A stretch of 64,000 nt of DNA from Phoronis australis. Lineage: Eukaryota > Animalia > Phoronida. Of this stretch, positions 1 to 15,000 are shown piece after piece. The notes under the pieces were generated by a model. It was not told where the DNA came from. It ran no database searches and saw only the letters and a program-made list of their open reading frames with translations. The position numbers and the translations under genes are program-made. The stretch spans positions 1,162,371 to 1,226,370 of the forward strand of contig NMRA01000059.1 of NCBI GenBank assembly GCA_002633005.1. The letters run 5' to 3'. Each line of letters opens with the position of its first letter. Positions within the stretch are counted from its first letter, which is position 1.

Positions 1-3000
1 GAGAGAAGAAGGCGAAAAAGAAGGCACTGTATGTATTAGTGTTAGAACTTACTGGATTTGACTTTAAGGGTTTATTTGACAACTGCTGTAAGTTTGCACT
101 CACTGAACAATTGATCGTCCTGTTTAATTGAGTTGCGTAACAGTTTACTGTCCACATACTCTTTTTTAATGCTTAGGTTCATTTAGAATGCAACCAGGGC
201 TGGTGAGAACCAAACTTAACCTGAGTCTCGACTCGAAAGTTTGCAAATCGCGTGGTTTGCTTCAATTATATTTTTCAATTTCATGCGATGTGATAGGTCA
301 GTTTTCGAGTTGAGTCTCAAATAAAGTTTGGTGGTCACGGGTCCTGATTTTGGTTTTAGTTTCTGCCTGTCCATTCTAACTCATAGCTTGACTCTGAAGT
401 GTATGCATGCAGACCAGAATTTAGTGACTATGGCATTTCAGCCTTGCACAAGAATCTTTGTTGATCACTGTTTTTTCCTTTTGACACCAGGGAGTCTGGG
501 GAGGACACTGAGGACGCCTCTCTGAAGCTGGAGGATGAAATCCATCGAGTTAGTGTCATAAAAACATCTAGCAAACTACGTAGCTTTGATCTGTGGTTGG
601 ACTCCAAGACGAACATCCTGACAGTAGGTGCCCTTTTTCTTTCGTCTTTTTTCATCAACGTAAGCACAAAGGTTTTCAGACCGCTCCAACTACTGTGGTG
701 ACCCCTAGTGACAATTTTTGCATCTATGGCTGTATCTCGCAAACACCTTGCAAGATCACAGTTTGGAAAGTGTATTCCTATTGACAGCTGATGCACTGTG
801 CATCTTAATGGCATGTGATGCTGCCACTATGCATCTTAATGGCATGTTTGGAGTTCCTTGGAATATTTTCATAAAATTTAGCTAATGGATTTGTATTAGA
901 GAGACGACACCTTCCCAATTTTCAATGCTTGGAATTTTCCGCGGAAACGCGGATTTCCGCTTTTTTCATATGTTCTGTCCGTGCATTTTATTATATTTCC
1001 ACGTAAAAATATCAGATTTGATGTAAAATTTCCACGGCAAATTGCTTTCTTATCACGGCGTTGCCGACGACGTTCACCTCGAAAATCGGAAGATGCTCTT
1101 TATGTGTCGAAGAAACGTAAATTGTCAACATTGCCGGGGCATCTGGGATAGCGTGGTGGGATTTTCAATGGCGACTTGTGTGATTGTAAACCGCGGTGAC
1201 AAACGTGACAAATACTACGGCTCTGCAGCCAAAAATGTGTGGGGGTGGGAGTGGACGGTTGAGCCAAGAAGACGCAGATGCATGCTACTGATGGTGGTAA
1301 CGTTTTTTTTTTTAATCCCGATTTTTGTTGTCAGCGAAAGGTTCACATCCGCATGTTTTGGGTCGTTAAAGTTTCTGTGTTTTTTGTCATTGGTCATTCC
1401 AAGCCCTGAATTTTGGACAGTTGTGCCATCTAATAGCCATCTAATATCCGGAGAAGCACATAATTTGCGGTGCATTCGTGGGTGCATTTCAATGTTCTCT
1501 TTGCTCTTGTTGAATGGGGAGGTGCTCTGCCAGAAAGTTTTGTTTTATGCATTTTAAGTGTTGAAAATTAAAATTCTAAGTATTCTAAAGTATTTTAATT
1601 TTGCACTTGTGTTGAACTTGGGCTCGTCATTATGCTCTGGTTTGGAATTTAACAACTGTCAGGAAGATATCCAATCAGAGACCATGTTCGCGATGTCAGT
1701 TGATTCAAGCTATCCCTATTGGTTCCAGATGTGTGGTCTGTTGTCTAACAATACAGTAGAATTGTACGGTATAAATGTGTCAGAGAGGAAGCCGGACCCG
1801 GTCAGCCTTTACAAACTGACTGCCCCGGGACATAGGACAGATGTGCGCACCCTGGCATTCAGCTCGGACAACACGGCTGTACTGTCCGGCAGTGGAGAGG
1901 CTGTCAAAATTTGGAATAGGTTGGTAGCTTCACCATTGGTTAGGAGTTGGGGAACAGCTGAAGTCATGTTAGGTTTGGTAGAGAGTGATTTGTAACTTGG
2001 ATAAAATCGGTCAAGATACATTTGTGTATGGTTTCGTTATAAATTTCTCATGTTCACAGTTGCGTGTTTTCTTCAGTAGCCTAGCAGCAAGTAAGCAGTT
2101 TAGACAGTGGTATATTTAGATTATGTAGGACCTTTATGTTGGACCTTATCAACAAGTGTGTGCATTCAGCCATATAAGTACACAACTACAGAGTGTAGCA
2201 AAAGTATACATTCACTCTCTGCTTGTATGTCCCTCTTCCCGCTGTCATGTGTATTTCACTGTTTATTCCGCTACATATGTACACAACTACAGAGTGTAGC
2301 AAAAGTATACATTCACACAATGCTTGTATGTCCCTCTTCCCGCTGTCATGTGTATTTCAATGTTTATTTCGCTACATATGTACACAACTACAGAGTGTAG
2401 CAAAAGTATACATTCACACTCTGCTTGTATGCCCCTCTTCCCGCTGTCATTTGTATTTCACTGTTTATTTCGCTACATATGTACACAACTACAGAGTGTT
2501 GCAAAAGTATATATTCACACACTCTGCTTGTATGTCCCTCTTCCCGCTGTCATTTGTATTTCACTGTTTATTTCGCTACATACATGTTCATTCTACTTAT
2601 CGCCTGAGGATGAGACATGCAGTCTCGAAATATAACAGGTGTTCTAATTTGTTTGTTTGTCATGTCTCTCGGTGCTTTGCTATGTAGCTGCACACCTGAA
2701 GAAAGGAGATTCGTTTCGACACTACAGGCGAATCAGTATCGGGCTTTCAAACAAAAAGTTTAGTTGTGCTTTCAACGAAATGTTGTGAAAGTAGAAAGTC
2801 TGTAGAAATTGATTTTTTACCTTATTCTAAATCTGCCAGTAATTGGTTTATGTGACCATGTCGTTTTAGTAAAATTTATCAAAAGAATGTACATTCATAT
2901 CAAAACAATCAACTACATGACCGAATTATGTTTGATATACAGGATGTAATCTTTAAAACACTGAAGTTAGGTTTGGACATTTTGTTAGGTTCCTGCATAA

Positions 3001-6000
3001 TCTTAACCATGTACAACTCCTGGATTTTTGGTTTACAATTGCCCTAAATATGGAATAGATTGTAACTGCTCTGTCTGCCTGTGGACGAAAGTAGTGCTGT
3101 TGCACTGAACAAGAGAAAATTGTCATGTTGCGTGATTTTTTGCGCCTTTTTTTAATATTAATCTGCGTGTTAAAAGCGGCATCTTGTGTGTTCGTGATGT
3201 TGTTTTATTGGTCCTGCTTGAAACCCTTAAACTTGTCACAGTACACACTACAGAAAATGGGACAGATGTTCTCTGTCACGAGGTGTGATTCGAACCGGAA
3301 TTCCCTATCAGAGTGACTTGAATGGTCCATTGTGATGACATGAAATGGGGACTTTGGTCTGCAGTGTTTACATTTGTCATGTACAGTACAATATTCTATT
3401 GCATCCATTCAGGGCCAGCCAACAGTGCATTAGGACAATGTCATGCGACTATGCCCTCTGCAGTCTGTTTGCACCTGGTGATCGTCATGCCATCGTGGGT
3501 ACAAAGTCGGGTCGGTTGCAGATTTACGACATAGCATCAGGGACAGTGTTGGAAACAGTTGACGCCCACTCCGGGGCCGTGTGGTCTCTTAGTATGGCCC
3601 CGGATAAGGTATAATGCATTCTTTATTATCTGTGCTTCAGCTCCTGAAATCTAGTTCCACAACTATTAACTAATAATCACAAATTTTGCATTGAATTTGA
3701 AACCATAGATTATGAGGGACGTGCCTGAAGAAAAAAGTTCCACTAGCGATGAATGTGGAAGCCTTATTGAAGTTGAGAATCGTGAAATAATTTGTTGCAA
3801 AACCACGCCGCACCAGAATGCAGATAGTAGCCGTGTAGGATGATCTGTCTATTCTGTTTTATCCAGAAATGTTCCTTGAATGTTGACACTGTAGACTGAG
3901 TTAGTGCTGTTAGATTCAATACAAATCTGATTTGTTGTAGTTTACAGTGATCTAATTATTGTTGTATCAACTAACTGTTGTGGATTCATCAAGTTGTGCT
4001 TGTTTGTTTTAGTTAGCTTATTGACCTTCAGTGCCTTCCGTTGTTTAATTTTCATCGCTTTGTCTGTGCAGAGAGGGTTTGTATCTGGCAGTGCTGACAA
4101 GTCGGTGAAATTCTGGGATTATGAGCTGGTGTCCGACCCCGACTCCTCAACGACTGGCAAGCGACTTACTGTAGTTCATAAACGTACGTTACAAATGGAT
4201 GAAGATGTATTAAGCGCGCGCTTCAGTCCCGACCACCGCCTCATCGCCGTGTCATTGCTGGACAACACGATCAAAGTGTTCTTTGTAGACACGTTAAAGG
4301 TAATTTTTTAGAATATATAGGCCAAAGTAAAAATTGACCTGAAATCAAAACTCAAAAAATCTTTGTGCTCATTTAATGACAGGGCTTGGAATTTTCCGCG
4401 GAAACGCGGATTTCCGCTTTTTTTGAAATGTGCTTTCCGCTTTTTTTATAATATTTCCGCGTAAAAAAATCGGATTTGATATGAAATTTCCGCGGCAAAT
4501 TCCTTTCTTACCGCGGCGTTGCAGACGACGTTCACCTCGGAAAGCGGAAGTTGCTCTTTATGTTTCGGAAGAACGTAAATTGTCAACATTGCCGGGGCAT
4601 CTGGGTAAAGCGTGGTGTGATTTTAATCAATGGCGGCTCGTGTTATTGTTAAGCGCGGCGACAAATACTACCGCTCTGCAGCCAAAATTGTGTGGGTTGG
4701 GAGTGGACGGGCGAGCTAAAAGGACGCAGACGCATGCTACTGATGGTGGTAACCTTTTTTTTTTTAAGTCCTCCCGATTTTTGTCGTGGAAAGGTTCACA
4801 TTGACCATTTCAAAGGCTGGTTATCGGGCATGATTTGGGCCGTAAAAATTTCCGCGTTTCTTGTCATTGTTCATTCCAAGCCCTGTAATGAATTGATGTA
4901 CCATATTACTTTAGCTCTATTTCTTTAAAGTTCACAAAACATTTTCAACTCGTGTAACAAAGCACGGATATACACAGGAATTTGTTTTCTGAGAAAAGAT
5001 CAAGATGCCTCCGAGTTGTGCCATAAATTGTCAATTGGAACATGGCTGAACTGGGGCAAAAGATAACTTCTAAAACATCTCTAGAGCAACACTGCCTCCC
5101 GTCACAGAAACATTTGTTTATTCAGGGCACTTATTTTTATGAAATTGATCTCAATTTGTTCATTTGTCAAAATATGCATGATTTTGGGCTTGACAATAAC
5201 TTAGAGCTCATTATTGCTCGAGATCAGGTTCAATAGGTCGACATGTTATGGCATGACATTTTTTCCCATATGCGTTGAATAAGTTCAGTGCAATACGGCC
5301 ATTTGGTATTGTTTTCCGTATTGCACTTACGGGACTTCTTAAACAGTGCCCTCTGACATGGAAAGCTCACAACGTAGGTCAGTGTCTACTCGACATTTTT
5401 AGCTGGCTCGATCATCAAACTTTCCCAAAGTAGTTTAAAATATCAATAAAATTGCAGCAGTATAAATAACACTTGACATAAAACCAGGTCCCAAACATAA
5501 CATCTGGTTCAAAATTGTTTATTATTTAGCACTTCGGTCTCAGTTTTATTTACAATATATAATATTGTCTGCAACTCAGGCATCAATTCCTCGGTAACTG
5601 CAATGTTAAATGCTATTTACTTATTTAGTTATTTTTTGAAAATGTTATAAGTTCAGTGCACAATTAGCATTGTTTTCATCTTTGTTATCTTTTCTCAAGT
5701 AGTAAATCGCTATATTTAGTACTATAACATAATGCCTAGGTACACACACAAAAGGTTGTGATCAGCCTTGTAAACAGTCTGGGTAAAGTATTTTAAAAAT
5801 CTGCTGAAAAAATAAAAGAAACTTGAGGGTTCGCAGTGTAATATGTGATGAATACAAAACTTACCTCGAAGCGTATGTGATGAATACAAAACTTACCTCG
5901 AAGCGTATGTGATGAATACAAAACTTACCTCGAAGCGTATGTGATGAATACAAAACTTACCTCGAAGCGTATGTGATGAATACAAAACTTACCTCGAAGC

Positions 6001-9000
6001 GTATGTGATGAATACAAAACTTACCTCGAAGCGTATGTGATGAATACAAAACTTACCTCGAAGCGTATGTGATGAATACAAAACTTACCTCGAAGCGTAT
6101 GTGATGAATACAAAACTTACCTCGAAGCGTATGTGATGAATACAAAACTTACCTCGAAGCGTATGTGATGAATACAAAACTTACCTCGAAGCGTATGTGA
6201 TGAATACAAAACTTACCTCGAAGCGTATGTGATGAATACAAAACTTACCTCGAAGCGTATGTGATGAATACAACGCTTACCTCGATTAGTGTTGGTGAAA
6301 TAATATCCCACTTGACCTTATTTCGCGTATCGACCTCGATTTTCGGTCTCTGTTGATACGCGGAATAGCGTCTCGTGATATTATTTCATCTAGGCCACTC
6401 TAGGTACGTTACGTGTATTTATTAACCAAGTATGGTCTATACGCTAACTAACCCACTCTAGGTACGTTATGTGTATTTATTAACCAAGTATGGTCTATAC
6501 GCTAACTAACTGTCAGTTCTTAGTAAATCTAAATATCACCTCTCATCTGAAGAAAGCAACAAGTTGAGACCAAGTTTCACAGCAGTAAGTAGCCTAAATC
6601 AATAGTTGGTTTCTTTGACGAAACACCAATTTATTGCATCTTTAACCATTGAATGAACTAAAAGAGCTCTTACTTTTTTCAGTTTTTCCTATCTCTGTAC
6701 GGCCACAAACTTCCCGTTCTGTGCCTGGATATCTCTTCAGATAGCACCCTGCTGGTCAGTGGGTCAGCTGACCGCAACATCAAGATCTGGGGTTTAGACT
6801 TTGGTGACTGTCACAAGTCCATATTCGCCCACGATGACAGGTACATTCTGCTTGTCGAACACCGTGTCACATGTTGAAAATGAAAATATAGTTTGAATAG
6901 AGACAACAACTTTTCTAAAATGCATTGACATGTTTTGGGCGGTAAAACTTCCACCATTGTCCAGCTTTATGCAGAGATTGGATGGCACAATCTCTACAGG
7001 TACTATACATAAAAAATTGCAAAATGCGAAAATACCGGAACAGTATTGGCTAGCGTTCAGCTAATCGCAACTCGTGGGAAAATGTGAAAAAATGAAAATA
7101 TACTGTGACGTGACAAGTGTGAACAGTCAGTTTGGCTTCACACTCTTTAAATGCAATGAGTGCAGTCTGAACATATATTGGGTGAAACTGTATCATAAAT
7201 GCAATTAGTGCAGTCTGAACATATATTGGGTGAAACTGTATCATAAATGCAATGAGTGCAGTCTGAACATATATTGGGTGAAACTGTATCATAAATGACT
7301 CAAAGAGTAAACAATTTAAAAACAATTTGCAGTGTTGCTATTTTGTTAACTTGCTGAAAATAAAACAACAGAAATGTGCATCCCTATTAGACATAAAGAC
7401 GAATCAGACAATCGTAAGAACAACTGAAGATTTGGGTAAGAAGGACGAAAATGAAAACCTTGGTGGCGATCAAAGAAATGCGTTTCGACTGATCCGTTAT
7501 CGAATAACAGGTGCACAGTGAGCTACTTGCTCACTGCTATTCACTCCTGACATAATTGGTGACCACGTGGTACATTTCTCGCTCTTTTTAATGAATTAAT
7601 TATTATACCCCAATTTTGAGTTACTTAATAATGATGCTACAGTGGGAAATGAATTACACAACTTACTTGGACTTTTTGAACTTGACACACTCTGTTTCAT
7701 GTTGAAATGAATTACACAACATACTTGGACTTTTTGAACTTGACACACTCTGTTTCACGTTGAAATGAGTTGTTTTTATTGGAAATCAAATTTGATAGTT
7801 GCTTGCATACTGGGATGCCATCAATGCCATTATTGTCAACAACTTATTTGACCACGGAGATACATTTAACTCAGGAACGGGGAGACGTCTGCTTAGACTG
7901 CTTTTTGTCAGTCTGTAGCTATTATTAGTCTCCCACACTTCTTCCTTCTCTCTCTGTGTTATGTTGAGAAAGTGTATCTAAGCCAGTATTTTATACATTA
8001 TAGTAGTGAAGACACTATTTGCTTGTTTTAATTATTGACACTGTGATTATGTAGAACCTTATTGACACTGTGATTATGTAGAACCTTATTGACACTGTGA
8101 TTATGTAGAACCTTATTGACACTGTGATTATGTAGAACCTTATTGACACTGTGATTATGTAGAACCTTATTGACACTGTGATTATGTAGAACCTTATTGA
8201 CATGTCTGTGAAAATATCCATTTCAGCGTCATGTGTTTACAGTTCATTGCTAACACTCATCTGTTCTTCTCGGGTGGCAAAGACAAGAAACTGAAACAGT
8301 GGGATGCCGACAATTTTGAACATATCGTCACATTAGAGGTATTGTCATATGTTCTCGTATTGTCTTACGATCTCGTATTTTCACATGATCTCGTATTGTC
8401 ACATGATCTAGTAGATTTTGTTGTCTGACTAGTGACATGCGGCACACAATACTTGAGGAGTTACTATGTGCCAGTGGCCAGAATTGAAAACGGTCTGTTC
8501 AAGCAAATTTTTTGCTGATTTTGTCTGCTAAAATTTCTCTCAAGTGAGCGGAGCTAAAAGTTAGGCTATTTTTGCTTTCTTTCGATAAATTTTCAAGATT
8601 TTGGACTATTTTTGTAAAAAATTCTGCTGAAAGACTCCCGTGAACACGCCTTTTCTTTTAAGAAGCACTCAGGGCGTCAATGTTTGTTATGTGATGTGGA
8701 TGGAGATAAAAAGTTTTTGGAGACGTGTTATAAAATTATCACTTTTGTAAGGTGGTATGTGCTTATGTCTCTCGCTAATGAGCAAAACAGGCACTACATT
8801 TCATCTCTGTCATTTTGGAGTGGAAAGGAGTTAGTGTGCGATTAAAATAATGCAGGTGTGTTGATGTGTCCCAGGCACAATGTTTTGAGCTTTGGACAAA
8901 CCACATATCTCTCGTTTGTGCAGTGTATAGATAGATGTATGTATATAATTGTCATGTTTGTTTCGTACCCAGGGTCACCACGCTGAAGTTTGGTGTCTGG

Positions 9001-12000
9001 CGGTGTCTCCACTGGGGAAGCACGTGGTGACAGCGTCACACGATAAGTCGCTGCGCGTATGGGAAAAGACGCAGGAACCACTGGTGCTGGAGGAAGAGAG
9101 GGAAATGGTTTGTGCTGGCGCTGAACTTTTTACTGCTTTGGTGTCTCATTGGCTTTGTGGATAGTTTGAAAGTTTGAATTGAGTATGATGGTGAACTTTG
9201 TAGGCTTTTATTTGTGCTTTGTAAGATCATAGGCAACAAATCATGTCTTTAAGGTTGTGTACGACTTTATTGACAAATCTATACATTCAGTCAAATATCT
9301 GCAAAGCTATAAAATTTAACTCAGCACTCCTTTCTCCACTGTTCTACATAAGCTCAAGTCAGCATTTGTTAGTTATGTTCATTGTGAGTTACAAGTATGC
9401 CTTACGTGATGCAATAATTTATCCAGACAATGTTCTTGATATTCAAATTGTGGAATCTGTCTGTAAATATTTCTCTTGACATTACAGAACACCTGAATGA
9501 GTTTACATTAGTGCTTTGATTTATCATTGATGCATCTAATACAATGTCTGCGGTTATCTTTTCTCTCAGTCATTTGTTTCTTAAAAAGTCACTGCACAAT
9601 GAATTGTGGGATAGGCTGTAGACAGTGCTCTAAATAAGTGGAAAGGTGATTCTGGTTAGGAACTGAAACATGTTTGAATGTTAGTTGACGTGACGATGTA
9701 AAGAACATTATTACAAGTGTTTGGGTTTGATTGTAATGTCTCAGCTGCGCAGAATTTGTGTCTTCAACTGTGGATGGCTCATGCTCCTCTCGATTCTATT
9801 TCTGTGTAATCTTCATTCTTTTGATTTTGCCTATTTTTGCAGGAGAGAGAAAAAGAATTTGAAGAGGAAAACACTGGAGTTGAACCAGTGGTGAGTGGGA
9901 AGACTGGGTTTGTATTGTTTATTGTACAGTGATGTTTTCAAATAGTTACGTTAAGTGAGTTAAAAATGGTTTGTTAATCATTGGGATCAACATTGCACGT
10001 CGTTGGAATTCTTACCTTGTTGCAAGAACACCTGTTCGCAGCAACAATTTGGGCATTTTTTCTAAATTGTGATGTATCTTTTGGCCGACACATGTATTTG
10101 TATTCTATCCACACATGAAGTAACAAAATGTCAATTTCAGCTTGGTCTACAACTTGGTCTACAACTCGGTCTACAACTTGGTCTACAACTTTGAATTTAT
10201 CTGTTTTTTCCTAAGCCTCTGTTCTCAGTCGTTATCCCCCGTATTAAAGAGCCCTCGTGGATTTTTGAGAATTATTGCCCGAGGGGCCATTCGAGGCTGA
10301 TATTGTGGTATAAAAATTTGTACTAGCTTTGTGTCTGAAGTTGGTTTTTTGACACTGAAATAGCCAAAGGCAAGCTTGAAGTTTTCTCTGTATCCTTAAT
10401 TTCATCAAATCGGATAATTTTTGTGTCTAATGCTTATTGTTTTTCTGTCTGCATCTGTAAGAACATTTATCACTGCCATTCTTCTACAAACTTGTCAGCT
10501 GTGTTGTAGATTGCTGGCGAGACAAACACAGAACTTGGCATGGCCGGGAAACAAACGATGGAGACTGTCAAGGCTGTGAGTGTTGAGTAGCTTTCATTTA
10601 AACTTTGATGAAATTTTATTTTATAACGTGTAATATTGAGTCACAATCTGTTGTAATATGCAGATGGCTTATGGAGTAAACACAGCAAACAGTTTACAGT
10701 AACATTAAATGTTGTTTAGATTTGTCATGTTAACAGTTGAACGTGTTGTTGGTCGGCCCATAATCTACCCATTATTGACAATGTGATCTTTTTAAGGCTG
10801 AGCGCATAATGGAGGCAATAGAGTTGTATAGAGGAGAGATGACCAAACAAAGAGAACATAAAGACGAATGCAAGGCTGCTGGAAAACAGGTGAAACATCA
10901 CTCTAGTGATCAGTTGTCATAGTAACGGAAGAAGGGTGTAACCATTTTCAATAAAAGTTGATGGATTTTGTCAAAATCTTTTTGTTTGATTTCCTCAAAA
11001 TTGTGGTAAAAACCCAGAAGAAGGACCCAAGTCCAGTCCCAGACAAGTTATACACGAGTCACACCCGGGATCTGGGTCTGAAATGTGATCAATGAGTATG
11101 GAGGCATTGAGTGGTGCTGTCTAGGGATATGTGTCACAGGTCTGGTGTCTACTGGTACAGGACTGGGATATGTGCCACAGGTCTGGAGTCTACTGGTACA
11201 GGACTGAGATTTACAGGCACGGTCATGGTATCGGTCCAAAACACAATTGAATGAAAATTGGCTGGATTGCGAAACGGCGGCATCAAAGTCCGCTGAATTT
11301 TGGTGGCAAGAAATAGTGTCATATTTACTGTGTATTTAGAAATATGTTTGTTTGGCATGTTGTCTATGGAAATGATGAAGTTATCATCTTTCTTCTTTTA
11401 ATGTTAAAGCCATGTTGCACAACAGGTGTTGCTATGAAAAGTGTCCATTACCTCACATCAGACCAAAGAAGGATATCCAGAAAACATGGAAAAATACAAG
11501 GCCCTCTGTTGGGCAATGATCGTCCAATATGCCGTTTTTTGGCAGAACAAGCAGCTTGAAGTCTCAGGAGTAGTTCTCTTGCATTGCTTTTGTTATTTCA
11601 AATTTTTACAAACACTTCGTCTTGGAACCAAAACGTGCAAAACATCTTGGATTACTGCTGTGGAGGTGGTGCACAAATAAGAGTTTACGACAAATTGATT
11701 GCGAAGCGTTTCACAAATGCATCGTTCATCACATATTGCTTGTTGCATTTCAAATACTTGCGTGGTCACTTTGATATTGTTTGCATATGTTCACTTGTGT
11801 GATTTCTTGTTTACCCACCAGGTGTCAGCCCCTCCACTCCACCCCCTCATGATGGCATATGGCATCACATCGCCAGACAAATATGTCCTGCATATCCTTC
11901 GTAAAGTCAAGTCCAGGTAAACTGTCATACGAATTCTGTCTTTTGTGTTTACTATTCACACAAGAATTGTTGCTTTAATATCCATTAGTGCAAGTTGAAG

Positions 12001-15000
12001 TTTAAAAAACACCATTTAACTGAAATACAGATTTGGCGGTTTTGAAGCCATCAGTGTTTTTAGATGCAGTTACTAAATGTACAGTGTACACCGTAATTAT
12101 GCTAAAAGTATTCACAAAATGACTGCAATTCCTGGTTATGACTGATGGTTGGAAGACATGGCTAGAGTAGCCTGCCCTCATGACAGAGAATGAATTGACT
12201 GAAAAGTTAGTAAGATGGCTAAACCTTTCTGCATTTAGAGTTTTGATGCAATCATTTTTGCTTTTGACTGAATTAGCGGACAACACTGCATTTGATTACT
12301 TTTGTCATGTACTATATAGTATGTGCTGACCAGTTTTGAGCAGGGTAGGACTTTGAGCAGGGTGAGCCTTTGAGCAGGGTGAGCCTTTGAGCAGGGTGAG
12401 CCTTTGAGCAGGGTGGGACTTTCTTGACGAATTGGAGCAGCATGACATTTTTGCCAAGTCGGAAATTGGTAATATTGACTAACATGTTTTGTGCTGTGCA
12501 GGCTATGACAATGTGTTTGGCCTGTTTAGACTGCAACAATGTGTATGACCTGTGCAGACTGCAACAATGTGTACGACGTGTGCAGACTGCAACAATGATT
12601 ATGACCTGTGCAGACTGCAGCAACGTGTTTGGCCTGTTTAGACTGCAACAAAGTGTGTATAACCTGTAGAGTACAACAGTGGGTATGACCTGTGTGTTGC
12701 AGTGAACTAGAAGAGTCTCTCCTCGTCATCCCCTTCTCCTACATCGCTGACCTACTCCACCTGTTGCACACGTTCATCACCAATAGCTGGGAGACAGAGC
12801 TGAGCTGCAGATGTCTGCTCTTTCTACTCAAGTAGGTGTTGTCTGTTGGTCCAATGCTTTATGGTTGTTTTGGTGGAGCTGGCAGAAAACTGAAGTTTTA
12901 TTATTTTATCATCTGTAACTGTGTCTTGCATTACAACAGCACCAGGTGCTTTTGTTGGTCCAACGCCTCAGGGTTATATTGGTGGGGCTGTCAGAAAACT
13001 GGTCAGTTTTATTATTACTTTATGATCTATAACTGAGTCTTACAATACTACAGCACTGCTCTAATTTTGTGACTTTTACACACAATTCTGTGAATCCACC
13101 TAAGGCTTATCCTACTGTTATCTATTGCTGCTCTTTTGATCAATTTCTTAATAATATCAAAATTGTTACAATATGTTGTCTGTCAAGGATTTATTGAGCA
13201 CTGCTGCGGCGGGACAAAAATGACCAAGTTCTAAGTATTAAAAAAATAAGACTATGACATCCACTCACAGTATGAGATCCACTCACAGTATGACATCCAC
13301 CCACAGTATGACATCCACTCCCAGTATGAGATCCACTCACAGTATGAGATCCACTCACAGTATCACATCCACTCGCAGTATGACATCCACTCACAGTATG
13401 ACATCCACTCACAGTATCACATCCACTCACAGTATGACATCCACTCACAGTATGACATCCTCTCGCAGTATGACATCCACTCACAGTATGACATCCACTC
13501 ACAGTATGGCATCCACTCACAGTATGTCCATAGAAAACAGCATTGAGGTAACTGTGTATCTTGTTTACCAGGTTGTACTTATGTGCAGATATTTTAAATT
13601 CAGTTTTCTTGAAGCCTTACAAAGTATATATTTTCTGAAAGATGGATGAATTTCCTAACAATTTATCATACTTATTTACTTATCTTTATTTTTTCAAGAG
13701 ATATGCTTTTTTAGTAAAAAAATTTGAGATATTTTAAAAATATTGTTCCTCCAATCATATTGGTCTTACGTCGGCATTTTCGAGGGAACTGTGTCTCAGA
13801 TTTTTAGATAATTTTGAGCAAAAACAGACGTACACTTGATTTTGGAAGGCTTCGTTCCAAAAAACTAGGACCTGTTTCAAAAATCTGAGACACAGTTCCC
13901 TGGAAAATGCAGTTATCACCATGCTGACAAAAAACTAATATGAGTGGAGGAACATTTTTAAAACCTCCGTTCAAAGTCAAAAACATTTTGTTACTAAAGA
14001 CGCGTGTCTTGTGAAAAATAAAGACAAGTAAATAAGAATAATACTTTTGTTAGGAAATTTATTCATCTTTCAGAAAATATATACTTTGTAGGGGTTAGAG
14101 CGAACAGAATTTGGGATATTTGCACATAAGTACAACCTGGTAAGCAAGGTTTACAGATACCTTAACTTTCCTTATTTCACAATTTAATTTTTGTGACCGT
14201 CGCAAAATTGTATCCAGATATTTGACATTCTGTTAAATGGTTTGTCTCAAGGTAAAACTCATATTACTTAAATAGGGCTCCACATACCTTTATGAGTATG
14301 CCCCATGCTGTTTCATTAGTGATATCAAGAATGTTTACAAACTGGTTGTAATTCAGGTGAAGTAGCTTGTCTACAAAGCACTTTACTCTAATTGTCTGTC
14401 TGGTGTATCCATACTTCTACTGAACTGCACAAACTCTCCAGATAGTACTTAATGTCGATTGATGAATCGTGACGAAGGTTATCGGTTATCACCGACTCGT
14501 CGCTGTAACGCTCAACTCAATACTCTCCTTGATTTTCGCTTGGACTGGCTGTCTGTATTGATTGTTTGACTGATAAATTAGCAATTTTTGCATTATGATA
14601 AGAAACTTTCTATTTAATATTGAATGTGTGTTATGTCTGATTGGCATCTCTGTCTCATTTTGTCATTAAATATTCCTAAAATACATGCAGCTTGACTTTT
14701 ACTACTTATCAGAAAATTAAAACTTAAATTGTTCAGGATATCAGTTGTTTTTATAGTTGCTAAATGTTCTGTTGTAGAATTCATCAGGGCCAGATAACAG
14801 CCAATCAGATGTTACTTCCTGTGTTGGACAAACTGCGGAAAGGGACCAGCGAACAAGTGAACGAACTTAGGGTAGGTGTATTTTATCAGAGATTGGTATG
14901 GTAGGATAATGGTATGAAATTTACTTGAAGTTAAATGCTGTAGGATAATGGTATGAAATTTACATGAAGTTAAATGTTGTAGGATAATGGTATGAAATTT

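Larger units (their letters stand above)
2119..3002 (+). mobile_element. TTAA-flanked MITE family B with nested insertion
   Basis: Ends gattatgtaggacct / aggttcctgcataatc-ttaa; internal segment shared with 29250-29350 and 37700-37800. Confidence 0.6.

Noticed and set aside
1042-1557. 171-aa ORF, and similar ORFs at 4430 and 18916
   Set aside because: Chance ORFs in the non-coding MITE; frames are not conserved between copies.
5843-6285. 32-bp array as a CRISPR array or a C-box (GTGATGA) snoRNA cluster
   Set aside because: Head-to-tail identical units with no spacers, no D boxes, and a eukaryotic intron context.
7479-7512. Minus-strand hammerhead relic (cctgttattcgat...atcagtcgaaacgc)
   Set aside because: The CUGANGA core is missing; too degenerate.
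10913-10926. Good X-box GTTGTCATAGTAAC in a WDR3 intron
   Set aside because: A single short motif in 64 kb, far from the SPAG17 promoter; cannot be told from chance.
13191-13649. Repetitive ORFs (MTSTHS)n, also 2107-2687, 15269-16016, 20604-21098 and 24019-24301
   Set aside because: Translations of intronic minisatellites or of the N gap.
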